DNA of 64,000 nt from Utricularia gibba (lineage: Eukaryota; Plantae; Magnoliophyta). The DNA is taken from the NCBI GenBank assembly GCA_002189035.1, contig NEEC01000019.1, positions 310,001 to 374,000 on the forward strand, read 5' to 3'. The position numbers were made by a program, and so were the translations under genes. The notes beneath the pieces are model-generated. The model saw only the letters and a list, made by a program, of their open reading frames with translations, had not been told where the DNA came from and did not search any database. Position 1 is the first letter of the stretch. Every line of letters begins with the position of its first letter. Shown one piece after another: positions 49,218-59,829 of the stretch.

Positions 49218-52200
49218 ATGCAGCCAGGTCCACCAAGGGCTCGTCCCAGCCTGAGATCTTATCGAGAAGTTCTATATCCTTTGGACCAAGAGGTGGAACG
49301 AAACTTTCTTGCTAAAAAGAGAGAGCGATCGTACTGTTCAACCACTAGAGATATCATGGCAACACATGTACCCGTTGGAGTACCAGTAGTGCCCGAGACC
49401 CAGGAAGAACAACCTCGCGGAAGCTTTCCAGTACTAGTTCCCACTAACTATGGACCAGCACTACAGACCATCAAGGAGGAAATTACTGCAAATCATTCAG
49501 ACCGTCCCTTATGCATCATCTTCGATGGAGAAGAAGACTATGAGCTATGTCCATAATTATTCCAGACGCTTCCAAAGTTTGATGGAAGGGAAAATGATGA
49601 CCCCAATCGTCATCTACGTGAGTTGCACACGGCTTGTGCATCCATGCGCCCCAAGGGAGCCACAGAGAGTCAAGTCAAACTTAGAGTGTTTCCTTTCAGT
49701 CTTACCGAACGAGCTTTGGAGTGGCTCTATGGACTTCCACCTTCATCTATCGCCACATGTTAGCAGATGGTTCAAAAATTCTTGGATCGCTATGCACCAC
49801 TTGGAAGAGCTTCTGCTGGAAGGAGAGCTTTGACCACTATGATGCAGAGTGAAGGAGAAAACATGCAGGAGTATTATGATCGTTTCAACCGAATCTGCAA
49901 CTCCTACCCTCAGCATGGACTCACTGAAGGCCAGATCTTGCAGCATTTCTATGAAGGATTAACTCCTATGATTCGGGGACAGATGGATGCCGCTTGTAAT
50001 GGATCATTATTAGCGAACCGTCACAGTGCTGATGCCCGTAGACTCATTGAGCAAATGGCTGCTAATTCCTATTGCACAGCCAATCATTATGACAACTCCT
50101 ATAGACCACCTGGTGGAAGCACTGGAACAACGAAAGCGGTCTATGGAGTGGACAACTCAGAAGTACTAGCTCAACTTGCAGTAATGAGCGACACGTTGAA
50201 GTTTGGTCTTCAAGCCTTGCTTCAACAAAAGGAAGGATATCAAGGAACCTCAAGTTCTATGCCATCTCACTTTGACTCTGGATCAAGAATTCCGAAAATG
50301 CCGGTGGAAGAAGTCAATGCCTTCTATCAGAATCAAGGTGGGACGTACAAGTATGGAAATTATCAGATGCCTCGAAGAGACCATCCTGGTTTCCGCTGGA
50401 GACATCGAGCACCCCCAGGTCAAGCACCATCACTAGGGAACCCACCTGGTATTCCTCAGAAGACTATCATTGGGCCACCTCAACCATTGCAGATAACCGG
50501 ACCTCCAGAACAACACATGGTTCCATATCAACCGAATCACAGTTTAGAGGCCATGGTTAAATCTCTTGCTGAAAGCACCTCCAAGATGCATGCTTAGCAA
50601 AAGGACATGAAAGGCCAAATCACAAATATTCAAGGCCATATTACTCAGCTTGCACATAAATGCCATCTCGTTGAGAAGTGGAACTGACCTACCAGACCCT
50701 TACCCATGGTTCACAAACAAGGTAGATAGGTCTGATGAAAAGGAGCTAGAGGTCATAGACAGTGATTCTGATGTTGACGAAGAAATCATTGGTGACGACC
50801 TAGATAACTCACCAGTGCAAAACAATGATGTTCCGAAGCCACCTGAGAATGTTCAAGAGAAGGCGGCAATTGAAGTTCCTCAGATCAAACCATTGGTCAT
50901 ACCGCCACCCTTCCTGATGAGGCTTCGAAGAAGGAACAAGGACAAGAAAGGATTGAAAACTTTTATGGAAATGATGAAAAAGATTAATGTTTCTATTCCT
51001 CTTCTTGATATGATTGAACAGGTCCCCAAGTATGCCAAGTTGTTGAAGGACCTATGTGACTCGAAGAAAAAAGCAAAGGTGGAACAAGAAGTGATTCCTT
51101 TGACTGAAAACATTTCAGCCATCATTCAAAGGAGAATGCCACGTAGATGTAAGGATCCCGGTATGTTTTCAATTCCCGTTACCATTGGAAATACAAAGAT
51201 TTCAGTAGCTATGTGTGATCTTGGTGCTTCGGTTAACGTTATGCCTAGATCTCTTTATTTGTCTCTTGCATCTAAGTTAGGCCAACTTGAACCGACGAAT
51301 GTTGTATGTCAATTAGCAGATAGATCACAAGTTACACCGGATGGTAGAATTAAAGATGTTTTCGTTCATGTTAAGGATTTAGTTTTTCCATCTGACTTTT
51401 TGGTTATCCCTATGGAAAGTGATAACCCTAAAGTTTCGGAGTCCATTATTTTGGGACGACCATTCATGGCTACTGCAGGTACAAAGATTGATGTTCAAGC
51501 AGGTACTATCAATCTTCAATTCGATGGACAGGTGCTGGACTTCAGTCTTGACAAAGCCATGAAGCATCCTGAACATATCAGTGAGATACATGCGATCTCC
51601 ACATGCGAAACTTACACTGATCACTATGCGATGATCCATGAACAAGGATCTGAATCTCATTTAGACACGGAAATTTCTCAATCTGAAGACTTTCCTCGTG
51701 CTGAACTTGAAGCCTTTAATCATTCAGATGATCCACCCGATGAACCTCATGTGCAGGATGTTTCCTTTCTTAGCTTGGAAACACCTGGCAAGTTGCTGGT
51801 GCCTTCCGTTATTCAAGCACCATCATTAGAGTTAAAGACTTTGCCCGAACATTTGAAATATTTGTTTCTGGGTGCTGATGAGACTCTACCCGTTATTGTT
51901 TCTAGTTTACTAACCTTGGAACAGGAGGAAAAGCTTAAGGCTGTGCTTCAAGAGCACAAAAAAGCAATTGGTTGGACTTTAGCTGATATCAAGGGGATCA
52001 GCCCTTCTATTTGCACTCACAGGATTTACCTAGAGGATGGGACGAAGCCATTTCGATAGCCACAAAGGAGACTGAACCCCCGATGGTGGAAGTGGTCAAG
52101 AAAGAGATTTTGAAGCTGTTATCCGCAGGTATCATTTATCCTATATCTGACAATGAGTGGGTTAGCCCTGTGCAGGTTGTCCCAAAGAAGACTGGTATCA

Positions 52201-54986
52201 CAGTGATGAACAATGAACAAGGGGAACTTATTCCCACAAGAGTGCAGAATGGTTGGAGGATGTGTGTGGACTATCGCAAGCTTAATTCTACCACCAGGAA
52301 AGACCACTATTCCCTTCCTTTTATAGACCAAATGCTTGAACGACTTGCAGGGAAGAGTCATTATTGCTGCTTGGATGGATACTCCGGTTTCCACCAAATT
52401 CCCGTAGCTCTTGAAGATCAATCCAAGGTAGTTTTTGTCTGCCCTTTTGGAACTTTTGCCTATCATAGGATGCCATTTGGACTATGCAATGCACCTGCAC
52501 TTTCCAAAGATGCATGGTGAGTATCTTCTTGGAGTATGTGGAAGAAATTATTGAAGTTTTCATGGATGACTTCACTGTTTATGGCAATAGTTTTGATGAA
52601 TGCTTAGGGAACTTATCTTTGATTTTGAAAAGATGTGTTGAGACTAACCTTGTGCTTAATTATGAGAAGTGTCACTTTATGGTTGAGCAAGGCATCATTT
52701 TGGGACATGTAGTTTCCAAGAGAGGAATTGAAGTGGACAAAGCAAAGGTTGAGGTAATCCAAAAACTACCTTATCCTACTTGTGTTCGAGACATTCGCTC
52801 CTTTCTTGGTCATGCGGGCTTCTATAGAAGGTTTATCCAAGATTTTTCGAAAATTGCATCTCCCCTATGTGCTTTGTTACACAAAGATGTTGATTTTACT
52901 TTTGATGAAAATTGTCGGTTAGCTTTTGATACCTTGAAAGAAAGACTTGTTTCGGCCCCTATCATTCAGGCTCCTAACTGGAATTTGCCTTTTGAGCTCA
53001 TGTGTGATGCTAGCGATGTAGCATTAGGAGCTGTCCTTGGACAGAAATTGGAGAAGGCATCACATGTGATCCATTACGCCTCAAAGTGTCTGGATGATGC
53101 ACAACGGAATTATACGACAACAGAGAAGGAGCTTTTAGCCATCATTTTCGCACTGGAAAAAATCCGACCCTACCTCCTCAACAAAAAGGATTCGAAACCT
53201 CGTCTTATTAGATGGATCCTATTGCTCCAGGAGTTTGACATTGAGGGCTACAGATTCAAAGCCTAATTTCATCTAACTTCTTTTTTGGTATGGTAAATCA
53301 ATTGCGAAATGGACGGACCCACTTAAAATCTTTACTGAACTATGACCTGCCATCATATTAGCAAATAAACGTATTCCTAAGCTTAATGCGCGAAAACAAT
53401 GAGGGATTAGCTCAAGGAGTACTAAAAAGGGTGCTAATGGCAGTGGGACTCCTGCGGGTAAGGAGAAGCTTAAAAAATGAAGCCCATTTTTTTGAAATCC
53501 CACTATGGTAATGCCAATAAAAAGAGAAAATGAGAGACCCAAAGTAATGAGAAAATGACTTGTATTCTGAGATAAGAAAGGATGCGAGAATTTGGTAGCG
53601 AATCATCTCAGCCGCATCACCTCCGGAGAAGCATCCAGCCCCATTGATGACAACTTCCTTGATGAGCACTTATTCATGATCCATGATGGAAGTCCCTGGT
53701 ACGCGGACATTGTGAATTTTCTAGTAATAGGACATTTTCCGGAGGACTTCCAGCCTCATCAAAAGGAGAAGTTGCGGAGTGACAGTATGCACTACATTTG
53801 GGACGACCCATACTTGCGGAAGATTGGGCCTGATCAAATCCTTCGCCGGTGCATTCCCCAAGGTGAAGTGAATTCAATTCTTACTCATTGTCATGAACTA
53901 CCTTGTGGGGGTCATTTTGGTCCCAAGATCACAACTAACAAGGTCTTGGAAGCTGGCTTCTATTGGCCCACTCTTTTTCGAGATGCATACCTTCATTGCA
54001 AGGCATGCCCTAATTGCCAAAGAGGTGGAGGCATAGGTTTCAGAGACCAAATGCCACTTCAGCCCATCGTGATGTGCGAAATTTTTTATGCTTGGGGTAT
54101 TGACTTCATGGGACCATTCCCTTCATCAAAAGGAAAGATCTATATCCTCCTTGCTGTTGATTACGTTTCTAAGTGGGTTGAGGCCATGGCATGTGAGAAA
54201 GATGACGCAAGGACTATAAGCCATTTCTTAACTTCTCACATTTTCCCTAGGTTTGGTTATCCTAAGATTCTCATTTCCGATAGAGGTACCCACTTCGTGA
54301 ACCATGTCATAAGGGCTATGCTAACAAAATTTGGAGTTCATCATCGTCTTTCTCCAGCTAGGCATCCTCAGACTAATGGGCAGGCTGAAAACTCAAATCG
54401 GGAGATCAAGCGCATCTTAGAACGAACAGTGAATACAACCAGAAGAGACTAGAGTCTCAGGCTGACTGATGCGTTATGGGCCTACCGCACAGCTTACAAA
54501 AATCCCATTGGAATGTCTCCTTTTCGCATGATCTATGGAAAGTCTTGCCACCTTCCAGTGGAGATTCATCACAAGGCGTACTGGGCCGTTAAAGCATGCA
54601 ACATGATTAGTGATCAAGCTGGAGAAAAGAGACTACTTGACTTGAATGAACTAGAGGAAATTCGCTTGAATGCCTACTCCAATCACTTGATCTACAAGGA
54701 GAAGGTAAAGCACTTCCATGACAGTAAGTTGCACGAAAAGAAATTTCAAGTCGGTCAGAAAGTTCTTTTATACAATACCACTCTGAAATTTTTTCCTGGA
54801 AAATTGAGATCTAAATGGCAGGGACCTTATGAAGTTTCACATATTTTCCCTTATGGTGCTGTTGTTATCCGTTCTTATGAGACAGGGAAATGTTTCAAGG
54901 TTAATGGCCATAGGTTGAAACCGTATTATGAGAACTTTCAGCCGCAAACAGCATGTTGTTTGCTCTTAATCGAGGATCATCAGTAG
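49218..54986 (+). pseudogene. Athila gag-pol, disrupted by stops, frameshifts, deletions and an mtDNA insertion
   Basis: Motifs LPKFDGRENDDP, FYEGL, AMCDLGASVN, ILGRPF, WVSPVQVVPKK, WRMCVDYRKLN, LDGYSGF, MPFGLCNAP, VFMDDF, CDASD, YTTTEKELLA, CHELPCGGH, WGIDFMGPFP, SDRGTHF, HPQTNGQAE. Confidence 0.95.
53314..53564 (-). other. atp6: Mitochondrial atp6 fragment (NUMT, 251 bp) inside the Athila RNase H; 68 bp of unidentified DNA at 53246-53313 adjoins it
   Basis: TSHFLITLGLSFSLFIGITIVGFQKNGLHFLSFSLPAGVPLPLAPFLVLLELIPHCFRALSLGIRLFANMMAGHSSVKILSGS matches plant mitochondrial ATP6 as I recall it, with unedited codons. Confidence 0.95.
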
Positions 54987-55330
54987 TGTACCAAGTCGGC
55001 CAACGACTTTAAATTGGTGCTGCGCGGGAGGCAACCCGTGAGTTAATTTTCTCTTTCCTCTTTTACTTTTGTCTGACATTGCAGGTTCCCACGGATTCTG
55101 TTGGGATTACACACTATCCCACATATCATTACCGAGAGACGTTAAAATTTTGCTTTCCTTTCCCCCCATGATTATCCTTCTTGGAACCCTTCTCTCACCA
55201 TAACTACCCATTTCCCCATTCACACCACTACTTCTATCACTTTCCCCACCTTTCCGTAAGACATTCCCACTTCTGCCAATTTCCAGTTTACCTTCTTCCT
55301 CACCCTTGCGGCCCATCGTAACTAACAGCC

Positions 55331-57057
55331 ATGAAGGGAACATCCTCTGCTTCATCTCTTCATACCCCTGTTAGGAAACCCCACACACCTAGGCAACACA
55401 AGGCCGTCACTGAAGGTCCATCACGGAGGAACCGACAGCGTTTTGCTTCACCCTCACCCAGACCTCACAAACGCCAGTCTGTGCCTCCACTGGAAACTTC
55501 GTCCTGGGAGATTTCTCCAATGTTTTCACCAGTCCCTTTAGCCGAACTCCCTCCTATTTTGTACCTTCCATGGAAAAATGAGGATTCTTCGGCACACCTG
55601 GAAATGCCCGCTGCAACCCCGGAGAGAGTAGCCACACCAGAACCTGTTGCAGAGGAGACACCGGAGCAAGACCCAATTGCAACCCAGAGTTATACCGACA
55701 GCTCCGACGAAGATTTCCAACTGGACGGCTTGGAGGAAGAAGAGGAAGAAACCGAAATGGAAGAGGCGTCTAGCCCACCAACTGCTGCAAACAGACGTTC
55801 ACCCCATGAGGAAGGGAAAGGTGAGGATGATAATATTGATTCTGAAGTGGATTTGTGGATTGCAGAAATGCAGGGAGCCGCTAACGAAGGACCACCACTA
55901 ACGTTCCAAGACGGGGAGCAGGCCATCAACACTGGCCAAACAAGCAGACAGCGCGGCAAAGGCCAACGAGGGCAACAAAAGTTCTGGCGGGACCGTTTGT
56001 TGGAGTCTCCTGCCTGGACCCAACTCCGGGACACTGTCAGGTTAGTAAGAAATCCCAAGCCCTTTTTTACGCTCTAACGAGTCGCCGCATCTTGTTTGCT
56101 TTCCATATGCATGCTCCAACGTTAGCTCATTTGAATTTGACGCATGATATTAACCGCATGTTTGAGTTTTCACCTGAATGGCGTCTTTTTTCAGAGATTG
56201 ATCTTCCTGTTTTTCCAAAATTGGTCTTTGAATTTTATGCTCGATTTGCTTTTGATGATGTGGAAGGGAACCCTATTGCTGAACCCCTCATTTCCTTTCG
56301 TTTGGGTGGCAAAGACTTTGAGCTTTATGTTAATGATTTTAATGTTGCTCTTGGTTTTGTGTCTGAGGATGAACTTACTTCTGCTCGATATTTTCAAGCT
56401 TGCTGCGATTATCCCCCATCATTTGATGTTCATAGTGCTTATGGTTCCATGTCTGTCTGTGAACCACCCTTTCCCAGTTCCAAACTCAAGGCCCATCACT
56501 TGAGGGCCCCTGCGCTGTTAGTTTTGAACAGGTATCTCGGAGGATGCTATTCTGCCACTCGCCAAGGCACCAGTGTGGTCTCCAAGGTGGTAGTGTTCTT
56601 CCTCTGGGCCATGATGAAGAAGATCCCGATCAACCTTGGCTGGTGGATTGCCATGCACATGAATCGTGTGGCATCGCGTAGCGAACGAGTGCTTCCATTC
56701 GCATCCCTCATCACTAAGCTCGCGATGCACCTTAATGTGGATCTCACCGCCAACACACCCAAGGTAGAGGCCCATTTTCGATACCTTGACCTGGTTGACC
56801 TCTTTCAGTGCAGTTACCTCAAGGACGCTGGAGGCTGTGCCGTTTTCGTCCAAGCCGGGACGAAGAGTAAGACCACTGTGATGCCGCACACTATTGTAGA
56901 TCCATATGGTGACTCCTCTGACGTTCCCCTGGCGACTGCCCCTGCATCGCCAGACAAACGCACCCTCCTGCTGGGTCTTCAAGATCTTCAGCGCCAGATC
57001 ACAACATTGTCGTCCAAACTGGACACCTTGATCACCTCTCTGCCACGCCATCACTAA
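55331..57057 (+). CDS. Athila env-like / ORF2 protein; frameshift at the T-run 56063-56068
   Basis: Lies between integrase and the 3' non-coding region. Acidic/proline-rich N-terminus, then W..FSEIDLPVFPKLVFEFYA, ISFRLGGKDFEL, FFLWAM...INLGWWIA..M, LPFASLITKLA. One extra T joins the two ORFs into about 575 aa. Confidence 0.8.
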
Positions 57058-59254
57058 GGTACCCTCCACCATGCTTGATGATGAGGACATCCTCAGAATT
57101 AAGTGTGGGGAGGAGCTCTTCTCTATTAAACGAACTATCTTTCGTTACCGTATTTGGACAATTTTTTTTATCTGTTTTATTTCCTGTGTCTGCGTTTTTA
57201 TCTTATGAGTCTGCCCCGTATCATGCCCCCTAGGTTAGATGACATCTATGCTTAGGTATTCCTTACGCATGCTTCATGATTAGGGTGCTTAGACTTATCT
57301 TACTGCTAGGAGACCTTCTAGATTTTTCCTTACTCTAAATTTCTAGCTCTTATGACATGCATTAGGGTTGAGAATTTTCTAGGATTGCTCTCATGTTTTT
57401 GTTGTACATTGGCAGCCCAGTGACACCTCTTTGTTATACAAAAAAAAAAAAAAAAGAGAGGATGCCAAAGGTAAGAATTGTCTGGTGAAACCGTGGATGA
57501 CGCGAACTTTACTTATGAACCACGAATAAGGTTTCGTAATCCAGACAACTCTTCCCCAAAGCGGGGATCCTTATCTTCAAAAAAAAAAAAAAGAAAAGAA
57601 GAAAGAGAGAGAGGAATAAGTCACTGTGGTCCAAACTTTTGAAAATTAGAGAGCGATCCTAAACTATCTTTCTCCCTGATTGTGTTCTTTGAGTAGCATG
57701 CTTTAAATTGACTTGAAGAGTTTGGAAAGAAACAGAAGGGAATACATGCATTTAGAAAGGGATAGGTTACCTTAGTCGTGCATCATGAGTTAGGTACTAT
57801 CAAAGCGATGGATTGTCTATCTGTTTTCATACTTGAGGACAAGCATGATTTAAGTGTGGGGGAATATGTTAAGTGTCATTTTATTACTAATTCTTAGGTT
57901 GTTTTTATGCTTAATTATGATTAGGACTGTCTAATTAAAAGTCTATAATATGAGATTTAGGTTCTTATCTAGTTTAGGGTAATTATCTTAAATCTTGTAT
58001 TTTATCTATTAATTTTAATAGTTTTAATTGAGTTTTTCTAGAGGCACACACGTGGCAGGAAGTGAGAGAAAGAGGGCATCAGATGGCGACAAATTGGATC
58101 TTCCCGAGCTGACATTCCCTTGATTTCCGGAAGACTGCAGACACCTAATCATGAGCCTTGACGTGCGGAACACGGGAGTCTCTGACAGGCGGCATCATTA
58201 GCGTACCAATGTCAGACGTTGCTTGCAAGTCATCCCATGTTCAGCAGAATCATAGGGACACGAAAGCTCAGACTCTCAATGAAGTTCAGTTTTGTTCAGA
58301 CGAGTTTAGTTTACTTTCAGTTTAGTTTTCCCTTTTGTTTCTCTCTCTAGAGGAATTTTCCTCTAGCTTCTCTCTAGAACCTTGTTTCGTTTCCTTTAGT
58401 TTGTATGGCCGTTCGCGGTTAGAAACTTCCGTTTCTGGGTTGGAACACCACCAAATCTATGTACCGTTAGCTTATCTTCACATTTTCTCTAAATCCGAAC
58501 GGGTTTCGTCTGTCTTCGCGCGACTATGTTGCAGTCTTTCTGTAACAGTCTCCTTATTCAAGGTTCATGGTTAGCTGATCACTACCCACGGATTTTGGAG
58601 AGGAGCAAGGTGGAAAGCACCAACTCGAGCCCTTTTGGCAGGAGGAAGACAACGTTTTGTCTGTGACCGTACCTCAGGATCAATGGACAGGTAGTGACCT
58701 CGTATCTGAACTCATTGGGTCATTGGCAACACTCGGGCACACACGCGCAATTCGGCCGTGAGGGTCACTGGCAGGACCTCTTATTCTCACGTTCGTCCAA
58801 GGAGGAGCAACATCGGGCTATTCCCGTGCCTTCTTGCAAGAGAGTGTAAGGGAGGGTAGGCAATTCCTTACTCCTATAGCCGAGTACTCGAGAGGACTAG
58901 AGAAGAGTGAAGACGCAACAAACATAGCTGGACAGGATTCCAAACCCAGGAACATTTACTTTATTTAAGGTTCATCGCTTACGTTCATTTTAGTTGTTTG
59001 CTCAAAACCCCTCTCATTCCCTTACTCAAGCTTCATCATCAACGGTTCTCGCACCTTCCACCTTCAAAACCGTTTAAAAATCGTGACAGTTGTATTCGGG
59101 GTGCCTCACCTTTAACTGAAAAACAACTCCCTGTGTTCGACACCCGTACTACGCTTTAGTTTTTTACGAGTTTTAAAAGTATTAAAATTTATTGTGGAAA
59201 CGACACGCATCACATATCTATCGAAAATAGTTTTGCTGCTACCAGACATAACTA

Positions 59255-59400
59255 GAAGATGATGGTGCACGTTTGGATAAGTATAAAAAAAAACTTCCAC
59301 TACCTATGACAGAGGAGCAGAATGATGAAGCCTCCAACGAGACTCCAATGGACCAAAAAAGAAACTCTATTTGCAATGAGTTATGGAAAACATATCGAGG
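59255..59400 (+). mobile_element. Harbinger transposase C-terminal fragment
   Basis: DDGARLDKYKKKLPLPMTEEQNDEASNETPMDQKRNSICNEL vs DDGARLNEYKRKPPLPIIEDQTDERLNETPMGELRNSICNEI at 45372-45505. Confidence 0.8.
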
Positions 59401-59829
59401 TAATCATTCCTCTAGAAGACGCACCTAAATGACAATGGGATGTCAATTAATATATCATATGAGCATATTGTATTTTTATGATGTATTTGTCGTTGTTTAT
59501 GTATTTGTTATGACATTTTTGTTCTTTTCACTTTCAGACTTTACTTTATTAAAAATTTCATATTTAATGAAATTTAAGATAAGAATGATTGAAATTTTGA
59601 ACTTATAAATATAATTTAGAATATGCATCATATGGAAAAAAAATAATCATAAACAACAATCATGTGCCCTATTATAGTTATTTGAATGTAAATATAAACC
59701 CTAAACCAAAATATCACTTTAGTAAAACATATTTTATTACTAGGTCAAAAATGTCATTTACATTGTTACTAAATTTGCATTCTCTTTCCCAAACAGAACA
59801 TGTTATATATGCATTTTACTTCTTAAAAT

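Larger units (their letters stand above)
47689..59212 (+). mobile_element. Full-length Athila-type Ty3/gypsy element, 11.5 kb: LTRs 47689-49034 and 57867-59212, PBS 49041-49058, PPT 57851-57866
   Basis: Two 1346-bp LTRs TGTTAAGTG...ACGCATCA with about 22 substitutions counted by eye (~98%). TSD CATAC/CATAT. PBS TGGCGCCGTTGCCGGGGA. gag-PR-RT-RNH-INT order followed by an extra ORF. Confidence 0.97.

Noticed and set aside
53314-53564. atp6 captured by RT template switching onto mitochondrial mRNA
   Set aside because: The fragment is antisense to the element and keeps unedited codons, so DNA-level capture is more likely.
53412-53669. Novel minus-strand ORF fusing Athila and atp6 sequence
   Set aside because: It is an out-of-frame read-through across the insertion junction, with no promoter or other evidence of function.
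56055-56077. Programmed -1 ribosomal frameshift in the env-like ORF
   Set aside because: The T-run is phased TTT TTT A, not the canonical U UUU UUA, and the same -1 homopolymer pattern breaks host genes in this window.
45372-59400. Harbinger ends at 45372-45510 and 59255-59400 as one element split by LTR insertions
   Set aside because: The two segments overlap the same transposase region and are clearly diverged, so they are separate copies.
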